DNA of 64,000 nucleotides, from NCBI GenBank assembly GCA_045654705.1, contig JAZONY010000001.1, positions 2,156-66,155 on the forward strand, written 5' to 3'. The DNA is from Victivallaceae bacterium. GTDB lineage: Bacteria > Verrucomicrobiota > Lentisphaeria > Victivallales > Victivallaceae. This document shows positions 19,198 through 27,842 of this stretch, in pieces; within the stretch, counting starts at the first letter, position 1; each line of letters begins with the position of its first letter. A model generated the notes under the pieces. It ran no database searches, was not told the origin of the DNA, and saw only the letters and a list, made by a program, of their open reading frames with translations. A program made the translations under genes and the position numbers.

Positions 19198-20289
19198 TCA
19201 ATAATTTTTCAAGACCGAAAGAAGATTTTCCGCCAAAAATTCTGCCTGCCGCATGGTGAAGTCAAAGCCGAAACTCAAACGCAAGCCTGAGAAACTCTCT
19301 TTTTTTCCGTAACCTGCGGCACGCAGAGCGGGGGAACCGCTGAGGCTTTCTGAGGCGCAGGCACTTCCGGCTCCTGCCATGATATTTTTTTCGCTCAGGG
19401 CACGGACCACCACCGCCCCCTGTTTTCCCGGCAGAAAACCGTGGAGAATATAGGGGGAGCTTAAATTTTCAGGCACAGTGAAACGGAGTTGGTCACTTTC
19501 GAGATTCTGCCGCAGAAAACGGTTGATATTTCTCATATTTTCAAGGGCGTCTTCAAGAAGCTCCATCCGTTTCCGCACAGCAAAAGCACATGCAAGCGCC
19601 GCAGGAGGAAAAACCCGGGGAGCTGTGTAAAAAGGATGACGGCTCTGAGCGACAGATTCCAGAAATCCGGCACTCCACGGCGCATTTTTGCGGACCAGAA
19701 GCGCCGCTCCCCCAGGAGTTCCGAACTTCATCCCCGAAATGGCGATCAAATCGGCACAGCGGCTTAAAGTTGTCATGGGGAGTTTCCCTGCCATCTGCAC
19801 GGCATCCACAAAACGGATGCACTCTTTTCCGGTGTTTTCAAGGAGCATGTTCAAGTTCTGGCAGCTCCCCAGTTCGCTTTGGACTGCGGTCAAAGCGGCA
19901 AAGTCATATTCCCCCTCTTTTTTCTCAAGGATACCCTGCCGTGAACAGGGAAGATATTCGATCTTGTCACAGCGGCTTTTCAACACGGCACTGAGGGCGG
20001 GATGCTCCAGATGCGAGGTAAGGACACGCCCCTTACCCAACAGGGAACTGTTGCGGAGCAAATTGAAAATACCTGTTCCGGAATCCGCCCAGCAGACGGT
20101 AAAATCATCACACGCCAGAAGATCCGACACCAGGTCGCGCCCCGCAGTTTCAAGGGCTTTGCGGATCTCGTAAGACTCCTGATGCAGCGACTCCTGATTG
20201 GCTCCGGCAATACGGCAGGCGTGAACGAAAAACTCAAGGACCTCCTCATCCGGAGTCATCGCCGCCGCCTGATCACAATTGAGAAACAC
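19198..20289 (-). CDS. Class V aminotransferase / cysteine desulfurase-like protein
   Basis: SGMKFGTPGGAALLV contains the PLP lysine (SGHK-like). The C-terminal GAGSACASE carries the catalytic-loop Cys. GTG start. Confidence 0.65.
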   Translation of the reverse strand: MFLNCDQAAAMTPDEEVLEFFVHACRIAGANQESLHQESYEIRKALETAGRDLVSDLLACDDFTVCWADSGTGIFNLLRNSSLLGKGRVLTSHLEHPALSAVLKSRCDKIEYLPCSRQGILEKKEGEYDFAALTAVQSELGSCQNLNMLLENTGKECIRFVDAVQMAGKLPMTTLSRCADLIAISGMKFGTPGGAALLVRKNAPWSAGFLESVAQSRHPFYTAPRVFPPAALACAFAVRKRMELLEDALENMRNINRFLRQNLESDQLRFTVPENLSSPYILHGFLPGKQGAVVVRALSEKNIMAGAGSACASESLSGSPALRAAGYGKKESFSGLRLSFGFDFTMRQAEFLAENLLSVLKNY

Positions 20290-20321
20290 TTTTCACCTCT
20301 TTCAATATAATTCAGGGGCAT

Positions 20322-20350
20322 AGTATACTGCAAAAAAAAGAAAAAGTCAA
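20322..20350 (-). promoter_or_regulatory. Promoter of the cysteine-desulfurase-like gene
   Basis: On the minus strand, TTGACT-N17-TATACT. Confidence 0.55.
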
Positions 20351-20417
20351 GAGCTTTTTTCAAAACTCCCTGAAAAAAATCCTGACATTTTCCACCGTCA
20401 GCAGAAAGGAGCTGACC

Positions 20418-20720
20418 ATGCCAACTTTATTATTAGATTCTATGGAGTTTACGATCGAAAACAAAACATTCACCCCCTCCGGTCCTGAGGAAAGAGAGTC
20501 CCCCCGGGAAGAGGAAATGCCGGAGTCCGCCCCCCCTGCTCCTGAAAGGGGGTACGATGATGGCGGAAGAGCCGTTTCTTCACGCTTTGACCTGCCCCGT
20601 TCCGTCGCAGATGTCCTGGAAAAACTGCTGGACCAAACCGAAAAAAGCAGATTTTCCACGGAAAAACTCATCGCCTTTATGGAGTCCGGGAAACCGGGCC
20701 CCGGATACACTTATAAATAA
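20418..20720 (+). CDS. Hypothetical protein (acidic, Pro/Glu-rich centre)
   Basis: It has a strong RBS (GAAAGGAG, then 6 nt, then ATG). The 100-aa product has no recognisable motif. It lies 12 nt upstream of the next ORF. Confidence 0.55.
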   Translation: MPTLLLDSMEFTIENKTFTPSGPEERESPREEEMPESAPPAPERGYDDGGRAVSSRFDLPRSVADVLEKLLDQTEKSRFSTEKLIAFMESGKPGPGYTYK

Positions 20721-20732
20721 GGAAAAACTCTT

Positions 20733-21578
20733 ATGATCCAATGCAATTTGAAAAATCTTTACACCCGTTCCCTCAATCCCGGCGGCAGCTGCGGCAGTGC
20801 CCGTCTCAACTATATCGTTTCCGGACTCCCCGACGATGCTTCCGATCCCGGCGCAGCGGCACTCCATGAAGTGCGCGCCAAAGCCCCCGCCGAAATCGAC
20901 GGTGCAGAACTCACCCAGCTGACTCTGGTCCGGAACCACGGCGGCGGCATCTGCGAGGTCCAGGCGGAGTACCAGCACTCCGCCGCCGCCTTCAACAGCA
21001 AAAAGAAGATCGGCGACCGCCTCTGGATCTTTGACACCACAGGCGGCAGGGAAAATGTGATGCACGGCAAACTCCTTAAAACGGTCTCCGAAGATTACGC
21101 CGACTACACCCCCGCTCCGGGGAGTCTGATCAATTGGAACGGCAAGAATGATGAAAGATTTCATGTGGCGGGAACCACGAAAATCGTTCCCGCCATGCGT
21201 GAAAGCTGTATCGCCGTGTTCCGCAACAGTGATATCACAGGGAAGTTCCGCCGCAGCATCATGGAACTGACAGGGTGCGTCAACGACTCCCCCTTTCACT
21301 CCTGGGAACCGGGGGAGGTCCTTTTTCTGGGGGCATCCAGTTCCGTGCCTTTCCGCAACGACGGCGGCGTGATGATCACCGAGATCACATTCCGCTTTGC
21401 GGTCCGTCCCAATCACACCGACTTGCATATCGGCAACATCTCTCTGGGCAAAGCCGAAGGATGGGATATCCCCTGGTCCATCACTTTGCCCCACCTCAAG
21501 GGACTCAAACCCATTACGGCAGGAGCTTATTTGAGTTCAATTTACGAAAAGGGGGATTTTTCCACATTGAAAATCTAA
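20733..21578 (+). CDS. Hypothetical protein
   Basis: 281-aa ORF with an AAGGA RBS. It has no TM helix, no signal peptide and no motif I can name. The composition looks beta-rich. Confidence 0.6.
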   Translation: MIQCNLKNLYTRSLNPGGSCGSARLNYIVSGLPDDASDPGAAALHEVRAKAPAEIDGAELTQLTLVRNHGGGICEVQAEYQHSAAAFNSKKKIGDRLWIFDTTGGRENVMHGKLLKTVSEDYADYTPAPGSLINWNGKNDERFHVAGTTKIVPAMRESCIAVFRNSDITGKFRRSIMELTGCVNDSPFHSWEPGEVLFLGASSSVPFRNDGGVMITEITFRFAVRPNHTDLHIGNISLGKAEGWDIPWSITLPHLKGLKPITAGAYLSSIYEKGDFSTLKI

Positions 21579-21585
21579 ATATCTC

Positions 21586-21614
21586 TTGAAAAAAAACCTT
21601 TTCCGGGGTATAGT
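21586..21614 (+). promoter_or_regulatory. Promoter of the 21656 gene
   Basis: TTGAAA-N17-TATAGT. Confidence 0.6.
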
Positions 21615-21655
21615 AAGCAAATGTATATGACAAAAGCACCAACAAGGAGTGAATC

Positions 21656-23362
21656 ATGCTGGAAGTCCGTCTTATCAGTGCCCTGGAAAAGGTTCTGCCC
21701 GATGCAGCTCAGCTGGATGCGCCGGAACTCAAATCCGATGTGGCGGCACGGGGGGAGCTTTATTCCTTCCAGATCGCCCTGCGTTCCGATGAGCGCAAAA
21801 TCATGCGTATCGAAAGCGCAAGTGAACTCAACACCCGTGTCCGTGTTGTGAAATATGTCCCTGCCCTCTACGCCGGCAGCGGCTGCGACCCGGATGTCAT
21901 CAACGATAACAAACCCGGTCTCTACCCCGATCTGCTGGATGATCCCGATTTCGGTGAGCAGTTCCGTCTGCTTTCCGGCATGTGGCAGTGCCTCTGGGTG
22001 ACGGTCTATGTGGGCAAGGAGCAGACTCCTGCCCAATATCCCATCACCATCGCCCTGCGGGATATGGAAACCAACGAGATCGCAGCTTCCCCCCGATTCG
22101 ATCTGCAGGTCATGGATTTTGAGCTGCTGCCCCAGACCATGACCAATTTCCACTGGTTCCATGTGGACTGTCTCTACGACTACTACAAGGTCCCCTGCTG
22201 GAGCGAAGATCACTGGCAGATCATCGAAAACTTTGCCCGCAACGCCCACGACCACGGTGTGACCATGCTTTACACCCCTCTGTGGACGCCCCCTCTGGAT
22301 ACCGCCATCGGACACAGCCGTCCCGCTTGCCAGCTGCTGGATATCACCCTTGATCTTTCCACTTTGACCTACTCATTCAACTTCGACCGTCTGCGCCGTT
22401 ATATCGAAATGGGGCAGCGCATCGGCTTCAAACAGTTCGGCATGAGTCATATTTTCACCCAGTGGGGTGCCAAGGCGTGTCCCAAGATCCGCGCCACGCT
22501 GGTCAACGCCGACAAGAGCATCGCAACGGAGCGTTACGGCGCCATGCATGACTGGAAAAAGTTTGTTTCCGACCACTACACCGGTATTTTCGGCTGGAAC
22601 ATCGAATCCACCTCTCAGGAGTACGCCGACTTCCTGAAACAGCTTTTCCCCGCCTTGCTGCCTGTGCTGCGTGAATATGGACTGGGCAAAGAAAACTGCT
22701 TCTTCTCACTCTCTGACGAACCCCATAACGATCATCTGGAAACCTACGCCCAATGCGTTGAAACGGTCCGTCCCCTCCTTGAAGAGTTTGAGACCGTCGA
22801 AGCCCTTTCACATCTGGATTTCTACGAAAAAGGTCTGGTGCAGCACCCTGTGCCCTCCATCAGCAAGATCGAAGAATTCAAGGATAAAGTTTCCCCTCTC
22901 TGGGGCTACTACTGCTGCGGTCCCGAAGCGGACTACCCCAACCGCTTTATCGGAATGCCCTCACGGCGCACCCGCAGTTTCGGTATGCTTGCCTACATCT
23001 ATGATCTGGCAGGATTCCTCCACTGGGGCTTCAACTTCTACTACTCCCAGTACTCCTGGCGTGCCATCGATCCCTTCTATACCACCGATGCAGGAGGGGC
23101 ATTCCCTGCGGGTGATGCCTATCTGGTCTATCCCGGCAAGTACGGCGACCCGTTGGATTCGATCCGCCACGAAGTCTTTTTCGCAGGACTTCAGGATATG
23201 CGCGCCTGCCGCACTCTGGAACAGAAGATCGGCAGAGATGCCGTTATCAAACTGCTCAACGAAGGCGCAGAGCGTCCTTTGAAAATGAACGACTTCCCCA
23301 AATGCAACGACTTCCTGCTGGGCAGACGCCGTGCCATTTATGAAGCCATCGCCGCTAACTGA
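21656..23362 (+). CDS. Hypothetical glycoside-hydrolase-like protein (possibly DUF4091/GH123-like)
   Basis: 568-aa cytoplasmic protein with its own promoter and an AAGGAG RBS. The Trp/Tyr-rich C-terminal half (FLHWGFNFYYSQYSW) suggests a carbohydrate-active fold. The family assignment is from memory only. Confidence 0.35.
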   Translation: MLEVRLISALEKVLPDAAQLDAPELKSDVAARGELYSFQIALRSDERKIMRIESASELNTRVRVVKYVPALYAGSGCDPDVINDNKPGLYPDLLDDPDFGEQFRLLSGMWQCLWVTVYVGKEQTPAQYPITIALRDMETNEIAASPRFDLQVMDFELLPQTMTNFHWFHVDCLYDYYKVPCWSEDHWQIIENFARNAHDHGVTMLYTPLWTPPLDTAIGHSRPACQLLDITLDLSTLTYSFNFDRLRRYIEMGQRIGFKQFGMSHIFTQWGAKACPKIRATLVNADKSIATERYGAMHDWKKFVSDHYTGIFGWNIESTSQEYADFLKQLFPALLPVLREYGLGKENCFFSLSDEPHNDHLETYAQCVETVRPLLEEFETVEALSHLDFYEKGLVQHPVPSISKIEEFKDKVSPLWGYYCCGPEADYPNRFIGMPSRRTRSFGMLAYIYDLAGFLHWGFNFYYSQYSWRAIDPFYTTDAGGAFPAGDAYLVYPGKYGDPLDSIRHEVFFAGLQDMRACRTLEQKIGRDAVIKLLNEGAERPLKMNDFPKCNDFLLGRRRAIYEAIAAN

Positions 23363-23392
23363 AAATTTATGAATCTGTAAGGAATATTGATC

Positions 23393-24673
23393 ATGGAAAA
23401 CAATTGGAAACTGGAAACTCTCGCCGTTCAGGCAGGTTACACCCCCGGCGACGGCGATGCCCGTATCGCTCCCATCGTCCAGAGCACCACCTACAAATAC
23501 GACAACGCCCAGAGTGTTGCCGACCTCTTTGACCTGAAAAAAGCGGGCTTTTTCTACACCCGCCTCGCCAATCCCACTGTGGATTGCTTTGAAAAGCGTA
23601 TCGCCGCCCTTGAAGGCGGTGTGGCTGCCGTCGCCCTTTCAAGCGGACAGACCGCCAACTTTTCAGCCATTGCCAACATCGCCCGCTGCGGCGACCATGT
23701 TGTGACCATTGCCGCCCTTTACGGCGGTACGGTGTCACTTTTCAGCAACACCATGAAAAAGTTCGGCATCGAATTCACCTTTGTTGCCCCTGATGCACCT
23801 GCTTCAGAGATCGAAGCGGCGTTCCGTCCCAACACCAAAGCGCTTTTCTGCGAAACTCTTGCCAACCCCGCTCTGATCGTGGCTGACCTTGAACTTTACG
23901 CAGAGATCGCCCACAAAAATCAGGTTCCCCTCATTGTGGACAACACCTTCCCCACCCCTGCCCTCTGCCGTCCCTTTGATTTCGGCGCGGATATCGTGGT
24001 CCACTCCAGCACCAAGTACATCGACGGACACGCCACCTCTGTGGGCGGCGTGGTCATCGAAAAGGGCGGATTTGACTGGAAATGCGGCAAATTCCCCGAA
24101 TTTACCGATCCCGACAAGAGCTATCACGGCACGGTTTACACCCGTGATTTCCCCGAAACTCCTTTCTCGGTGAAACTCCGTGTCCAGCTGGTCCGCGACC
24201 TGGGATTCCCCATGATGCCTTTCAACGCCTTCCTGACCCATCTCGGCGTTGAAACTCTGCCGCTGCGTATGGAACGCCACAGCGAAAACGCTCTCAAACT
24301 TGCCCAATTCCTCAAAACTCATCCCCAGGTGGGCTGGGTGAACTATCCCGGTCTGGAGGAATCTCCTGAATACGCCAAACTTAAGAAATATATGCCCAAA
24401 GGCGGTTCCGGTGTTCTCACCTTCGGTGTCAAAGGCGGTTCTGCCGCAGGCGAAAAGGTCATGGACTCCTTGAAACTTGCCGCCATTGCCGTTCACGTCG
24501 CTGATGTGCGCACCTGCGTGCTGCACCCCGCCAGCATGACCCACCGCCAGCTTTCCGAAGCGGAACAGATCGCCGCAGGTGTCAGCCCCGATCTCATCCG
24601 TGTTTCAGTCGGTATCGAAAACATCGACGATATCATCGCCGACTTCGATCAGGCCCTCAAAGCCTCCTGCTGA
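23393..24673 (+). CDS. metY: O-acetylhomoserine aminocarboxypropyltransferase (sulfhydrylase)
   Basis: The sequence TLAVQAGY...APIVQSTTYKYD and STKYIDGH (PLP lysine) fit the Cys/Met PLP family, and the length is right for MetY. Confidence 0.85.
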   Translation: MENNWKLETLAVQAGYTPGDGDARIAPIVQSTTYKYDNAQSVADLFDLKKAGFFYTRLANPTVDCFEKRIAALEGGVAAVALSSGQTANFSAIANIARCGDHVVTIAALYGGTVSLFSNTMKKFGIEFTFVAPDAPASEIEAAFRPNTKALFCETLANPALIVADLELYAEIAHKNQVPLIVDNTFPTPALCRPFDFGADIVVHSSTKYIDGHATSVGGVVIEKGGFDWKCGKFPEFTDPDKSYHGTVYTRDFPETPFSVKLRVQLVRDLGFPMMPFNAFLTHLGVETLPLRMERHSENALKLAQFLKTHPQVGWVNYPGLEESPEYAKLKKYMPKGGSGVLTFGVKGGSAAGEKVMDSLKLAAIAVHVADVRTCVLHPASMTHRQLSEAEQIAAGVSPDLIRVSVGIENIDDIIADFDQALKASC

Positions 24674-24685
24674 TCCCCCTGTCTC

Positions 24686-24721
24686 AAAGCCCCCGCTGTT
24701 TCATACGGCGGGGCTTTTTTT
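24686..24721 (+). terminator. Intrinsic terminator after metY
   Basis: Stem AAAGCCCCCGC pairs with GGCGGGGCTTT, followed by T7. Confidence 0.75.
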
Positions 24722-24741
24722 CCTGAAAAATCCCTTATCCC

Positions 24742-24769
24742 TTGAAAAAAACGTTTCAAGTGGTATATT
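24742..24769 (+). promoter_or_regulatory. Promoter of the EamA-family gene
   Basis: TTGAAA-N16-TATATT. Confidence 0.6.
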
Positions 24770-24807
24770 AAGTGACATTCATCATCATCACGGAGCCGGT
24801 ATCAGTT

Positions 24808-25710
24808 ATGACCTTATTTGCTTTTCTTCTGATCGTTTTTTCTGCGGGGCTTCACGCCTCATGGAACTTGCTTGCAAAACGTGCCACTATGAGTGTCGCT
24901 TTTTACGCTGTGATCTGCATGACAGCGGCATCTTTCTGGCTCCACACCCAGATTTGGACTCCTGTTGATGTGTTGGGATTGCCGCCGCTTTTCTTTCTCT
25001 ATGTGCTGGGTTCGGTCACTTTTGACCTCTGTTACTGTCTGGGACTGGTCCGTGCCTACCGGACCATGGAAATGTCCACCGCCTACCCCATGATGCGTTC
25101 TCTGCCCCTGCTGCTCACGGCGGCAGTCACCTCTCTTGCCGGTTGGGGGGCGCCCCTGACGCCCCTTGCCCTGCTGGGGATGGGGATCGTCTTTGTGGGG
25201 TGCATGATGATGCCTATGAAGGACTTTTCCTCTTTCAAGTGGAAAGATTATCTTTCTTCGAGGATGTTTTTCATCTTCCTTGTGGCTTGCGGCACAACGG
25301 GATATACGATTTTTGACAGTCAGGCGCAGCATGTTCTGCGCGGAGCCTATCCCGACCTTGCGAAACCCGTTGTTTCCATGACCTTTTACTCCACCCGCGG
25401 CATCTGCCTGAGTACTCTTATGGGTATTGCTGTGCTGCTTTTCCCCGGGGAAAAGAAAAACTTTGCCGCCTTTTTCAGGGAACGCAACTGGATGCCCTTT
25501 GCGGCAGGTGCCTTTGCTTCGCTCACCTACATCACTGTGTTGACGGCGATGAATTATGTGACCAACGTTTCCTACGTTCAGGTCTTCCGTCAGCTGGGAT
25601 TGATCTTCGGACTTCTGGGGGGCATCTTCATTCTGAAAGAACGCCCCTCCCTGCCTAAATTCATCGGCGTCGCATTGATCATCACAGGACTTGTCATCAC
25701 CGTTCTGTAA
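24808..25710 (+). CDS. EamA/DMT family transporter
   Basis: About 10 TM segments. The N-terminal LLIVFSAGLHASWNLLAKR is typical of the family. The promoter at 24742-24769 places ATG 24808 as the start. Confidence 0.65.
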   Translation: MTLFAFLLIVFSAGLHASWNLLAKRATMSVAFYAVICMTAASFWLHTQIWTPVDVLGLPPLFFLYVLGSVTFDLCYCLGLVRAYRTMEMSTAYPMMRSLPLLLTAAVTSLAGWGAPLTPLALLGMGIVFVGCMMMPMKDFSSFKWKDYLSSRMFFIFLVACGTTGYTIFDSQAQHVLRGAYPDLAKPVVSMTFYSTRGICLSTLMGIAVLLFPGEKKNFAAFFRERNWMPFAAGAFASLTYITVLTAMNYVTNVSYVQVFRQLGLIFGLLGGIFILKERPSLPKFIGVALIITGLVITVL

Positions 25711-25718
25711 AACTCACC

Positions 25719-26657
25719 TTAAAGGCAGATCAGCACGATACCTGTCAGACAGCAGCCCAGGGCGGCATATTGCAGGAGTGAATTTTTTTCTCTGAGAATG
25801 AAAATGCTGTAAAGCGAAAATCCCACCAGACAGGAGCCTACCAGCAAAGGATAGGAAAGAGACCCCACCCCGCAGCGGGCAAGGGTATCCATGCCGGGAT
25901 ATTGAAGCACTATGGCAAAGAACAAGCCGAAAAACTGCATAAAAAAGGTGAAGATCCAGAGCCATTTGGAGCTGAAGTTCTTTTTGAGAGAGATTTTCCC
26001 CCTCAAATACCATGTGCGGACCAGTGCCGTCGTGAGAACGCCTGCACCTAACATCATAGTCCGGAAAACGGGGGGAACTTTTTGCGCCGACTCAAAGTAA
26101 GAGGGCAAACTTGTCAGATTCTGCACCACGCCGGTAATGGCAAATCCGGCAAGGGCAAGGATTTTCCAGCTGCCCCCTGAAACGCGGTTCTCTTTGCCGA
26201 AGCCGGAGAGGACAAGGGAAGAGAGGATGAAAAGCAACCCGGTGATCCTGATGAATTTGGGTTCCACATTAAAGAAGATCATCCCCGTCATAAAGGGGAA
26301 GATCATCGCCGACTGGATGATCGCCCAGATAATGCCGTTGGGTCCCTTTTGCATGGCAAGGGACATGAGGATCAGCATGATGCAGTTGAGTACCCCCGCC
26401 GTCCAATAAGAAAGACCGCACCAGAAAAGGGTGCTGCCGGGGAGAGTTCCGCTGTCGGTATGCCTCAACATGATGGCGCAGGCGGCGACTGTGACCACAG
26501 CGCCTGTCAGCTGGATCACAGCAGGGTCCAGCTTTTTCTTGGGAGCAACGCCCATGACCGCCCCCACGATGGTCCAGCTCATGCCGACAATGACCAGACT
26601 GATGATTCCCCAAAGCACCGTTCCGCTCCTTATGAAACAAATCAAAAAAAAAGCCAT
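25719..26657 (-). CDS. Integral membrane protein (10-TM, DMT/RhaT-like)
   Basis: 312-aa hydrophobic protein, convergent with the EamA gene. The first ATG is at 26657; the track start at 26663 is TTG. Confidence 0.45.
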   Translation of the reverse strand: MAFFLICFIRSGTVLWGIISLVIVGMSWTIVGAVMGVAPKKKLDPAVIQLTGAVVTVAACAIMLRHTDSGTLPGSTLFWCGLSYWTAGVLNCIMLILMSLAMQKGPNGIIWAIIQSAMIFPFMTGMIFFNVEPKFIRITGLLFILSSLVLSGFGKENRVSGGSWKILALAGFAITGVVQNLTSLPSYFESAQKVPPVFRTMMLGAGVLTTALVRTWYLRGKISLKKNFSSKWLWIFTFFMQFFGLFFAIVLQYPGMDTLARCGVGSLSYPLLVGSCLVGFSLYSIFILREKNSLLQYAALGCCLTGIVLICL

Positions 26658-26684
26658 TCCCAAAGGAACAGCTGTAAATTAAAA

Positions 26685-26760
26685 TGGTGCGCTCACGGGG
26701 ACTCGAACCCAGGACCCAGTGATTAAGAGTCACTTGCTCTACCAACTGAGCTATGAGCGC
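26685..26760 (-). tRNA. tRNA-Lys (anticodon CUU)
   Basis: The reverse complement is GCGCTCATAGCTCAGTTGGTAGAGCAAGTGACTCTTAATCACTGGGTCCTGGGTTCGAGTCCCCGTGAGCGCACCA. It folds as a cloverleaf with anticodon loop CT-CTT-AA and an encoded CCA. Confidence 0.93.
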
Positions 26761-26773
26761 TTGTATGGTACAT

Positions 26774-26802
26774 AATATAGACCTGTTTTGCGGATTTTTC
26801 AA
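26774..26802 (-). promoter_or_regulatory. Promoter of tRNA-Lys
   Basis: On the minus strand, TTGAAA-N17-TATATT. The -10 element ends 13 nt before the tRNA 5' end. Confidence 0.6.
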
Positions 26803-26873
26803 GTCAAATTTTGAAAAAAATCCAACTTTTTTCACAAAAACTCCCATATTTCCCCTGAAAGCCCCGGATTCTC

Positions 26874-26902
26874 TTGACAAAGATAGCAAAAAATGGTATC
26901 TT
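26874..26902 (+). promoter_or_regulatory. Promoter of the 26939 gene
   Basis: TTGACA-N17-TATCTT. Confidence 0.65.
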
Positions 26903-26938
26903 ATACAGGAAACACGCATACACAAGAAAGGAGATCTG

Positions 26939-27742
26939 ATGAAACTGCGCGACCATTTCTGGATTTGGGGACATCATCCGGGCGCCCATCATACGGGGGA
27001 AGCCGGAAAACTTTTCAAAGTTCCGGGGGAAAACCGCATGGGACCCCGTGAGGGTGCGGCGTATCTGGGGATCCCCAACTGCTGCCGTGTGGTTTTCAAC
27101 GGCATTCCCAAGCCTCCTTTTGATGAAGAAACCGCCCGTTTGCAGAACTTCAGGAAACTTGTCTGGTCGGTGCTGGGGGATGTCTCCTCGAAACGCAACG
27201 ACGACTCCGGGGACGATCTGGCAGAGGTCCTGCGCCAGGCGGAGCTTTTCCCCAATGTGACAGGCGCCGTGCTGGACGACTTTTTCCGCCCCGGGACACA
27301 GGATGCACGCCTGACCGTTGATGAACTGCGCGCCATGGCATCAAAGCTCCGCAACGCCCCCCGCCCCCTCACTTTGTGGCTGGTCTATTACGCCGCCCTC
27401 TTTGAGATCGACTATTCGGACTACCTTGAAGCGGTGGATGGTATCACTTTCTGGTCATGGACAAGTGAAGAACTCGCCCGGGCGGAAGAAAATATCAACC
27501 GTCTGATCGCTATGACACCCGGCAAAGAACATTACGCCGGATGTTACCTTTACAACTATGGAGAAAGTCTCCCCATGACCGTGGAGCAAATGGCGTTCCA
27601 AACGGAGCTTTATTACACTTTTCTCAAAGAGAAGAAGATCGACGGCATCATCGTCTGCTCCAACAATATCGTTGACACCGGACTTGAAGCAGTGGAATAT
27701 CTGCGCCAATGGCTTCAAAACCACGGCGATGAAGATATTTGA
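26939..27742 (+). CDS. Hypothetical protein
   Basis: A promoter (26874-26902) and an AAAGGAG RBS precede ATG 26939. The 267-aa product begins MKLRDHFWIWGHHPGAHH. The family is unknown. The track start at 26753 overlaps the tRNA and is rejected. Confidence 0.6.
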   Translation: MKLRDHFWIWGHHPGAHHTGEAGKLFKVPGENRMGPREGAAYLGIPNCCRVVFNGIPKPPFDEETARLQNFRKLVWSVLGDVSSKRNDDSGDDLAEVLRQAELFPNVTGAVLDDFFRPGTQDARLTVDELRAMASKLRNAPRPLTLWLVYYAALFEIDYSDYLEAVDGITFWSWTSEELARAEENINRLIAMTPGKEHYAGCYLYNYGESLPMTVEQMAFQTELYYTFLKEKKIDGIIVCSNNIVDTGLEAVEYLRQWLQNHGDEDI

Positions 27743-27745
27743 GAT

Positions 27746-27800
27746 AAAAAAAACCCATGGCTCCGGGAGAAAATTTCCGGAAATGCCATGGGATTTTTTT
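27746..27800. terminator. Bidirectional terminator between the 26939 ORF and the convergent fucosidase gene
   Basis: A8, stem CCCATGGC(TCCGG), then (CCGGA)aatGCCATGGG, then T7. Confidence 0.75.
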
Positions 27801-27808
27801 GTGTTCAA

Positions 27809-27834
27809 GGTAATTTCAAAAATTTGAAATTACC
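27809..27834. repeat. Perfect 12-bp-arm palindrome GGTAATTTCAAA-aa-TTTGAAATTACC
   Basis: It is visible directly in the sequence, just past the fucosidase stop codon. Confidence 0.5.
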
Positions 27835-27842
27835 CCCGTTCC

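Noticed and set aside
23363-23392. Possible SAM or other riboswitch upstream of metY
   Set aside because: The gap to the preceding gene is only about 30 nt, which is too short for any known riboswitch aptamer.
26269-26925. 218-aa minus-strand ORF spanning the tRNA-Lys gene
   Set aside because: Its central segment (LIAQLVEQVTLNHWVLGSSPRE) is simply the translation of the tRNA sequence. The ORF also overlaps the 25719-26657 membrane-protein gene in another frame.
26664-26940. Genomic island or integrase next to tRNA-Lys
   Set aside because: There is no integrase, no direct repeat of the tRNA 3' end and no compositional break. The flanking genes are ordinary transporter and hypothetical genes with standard promoters.
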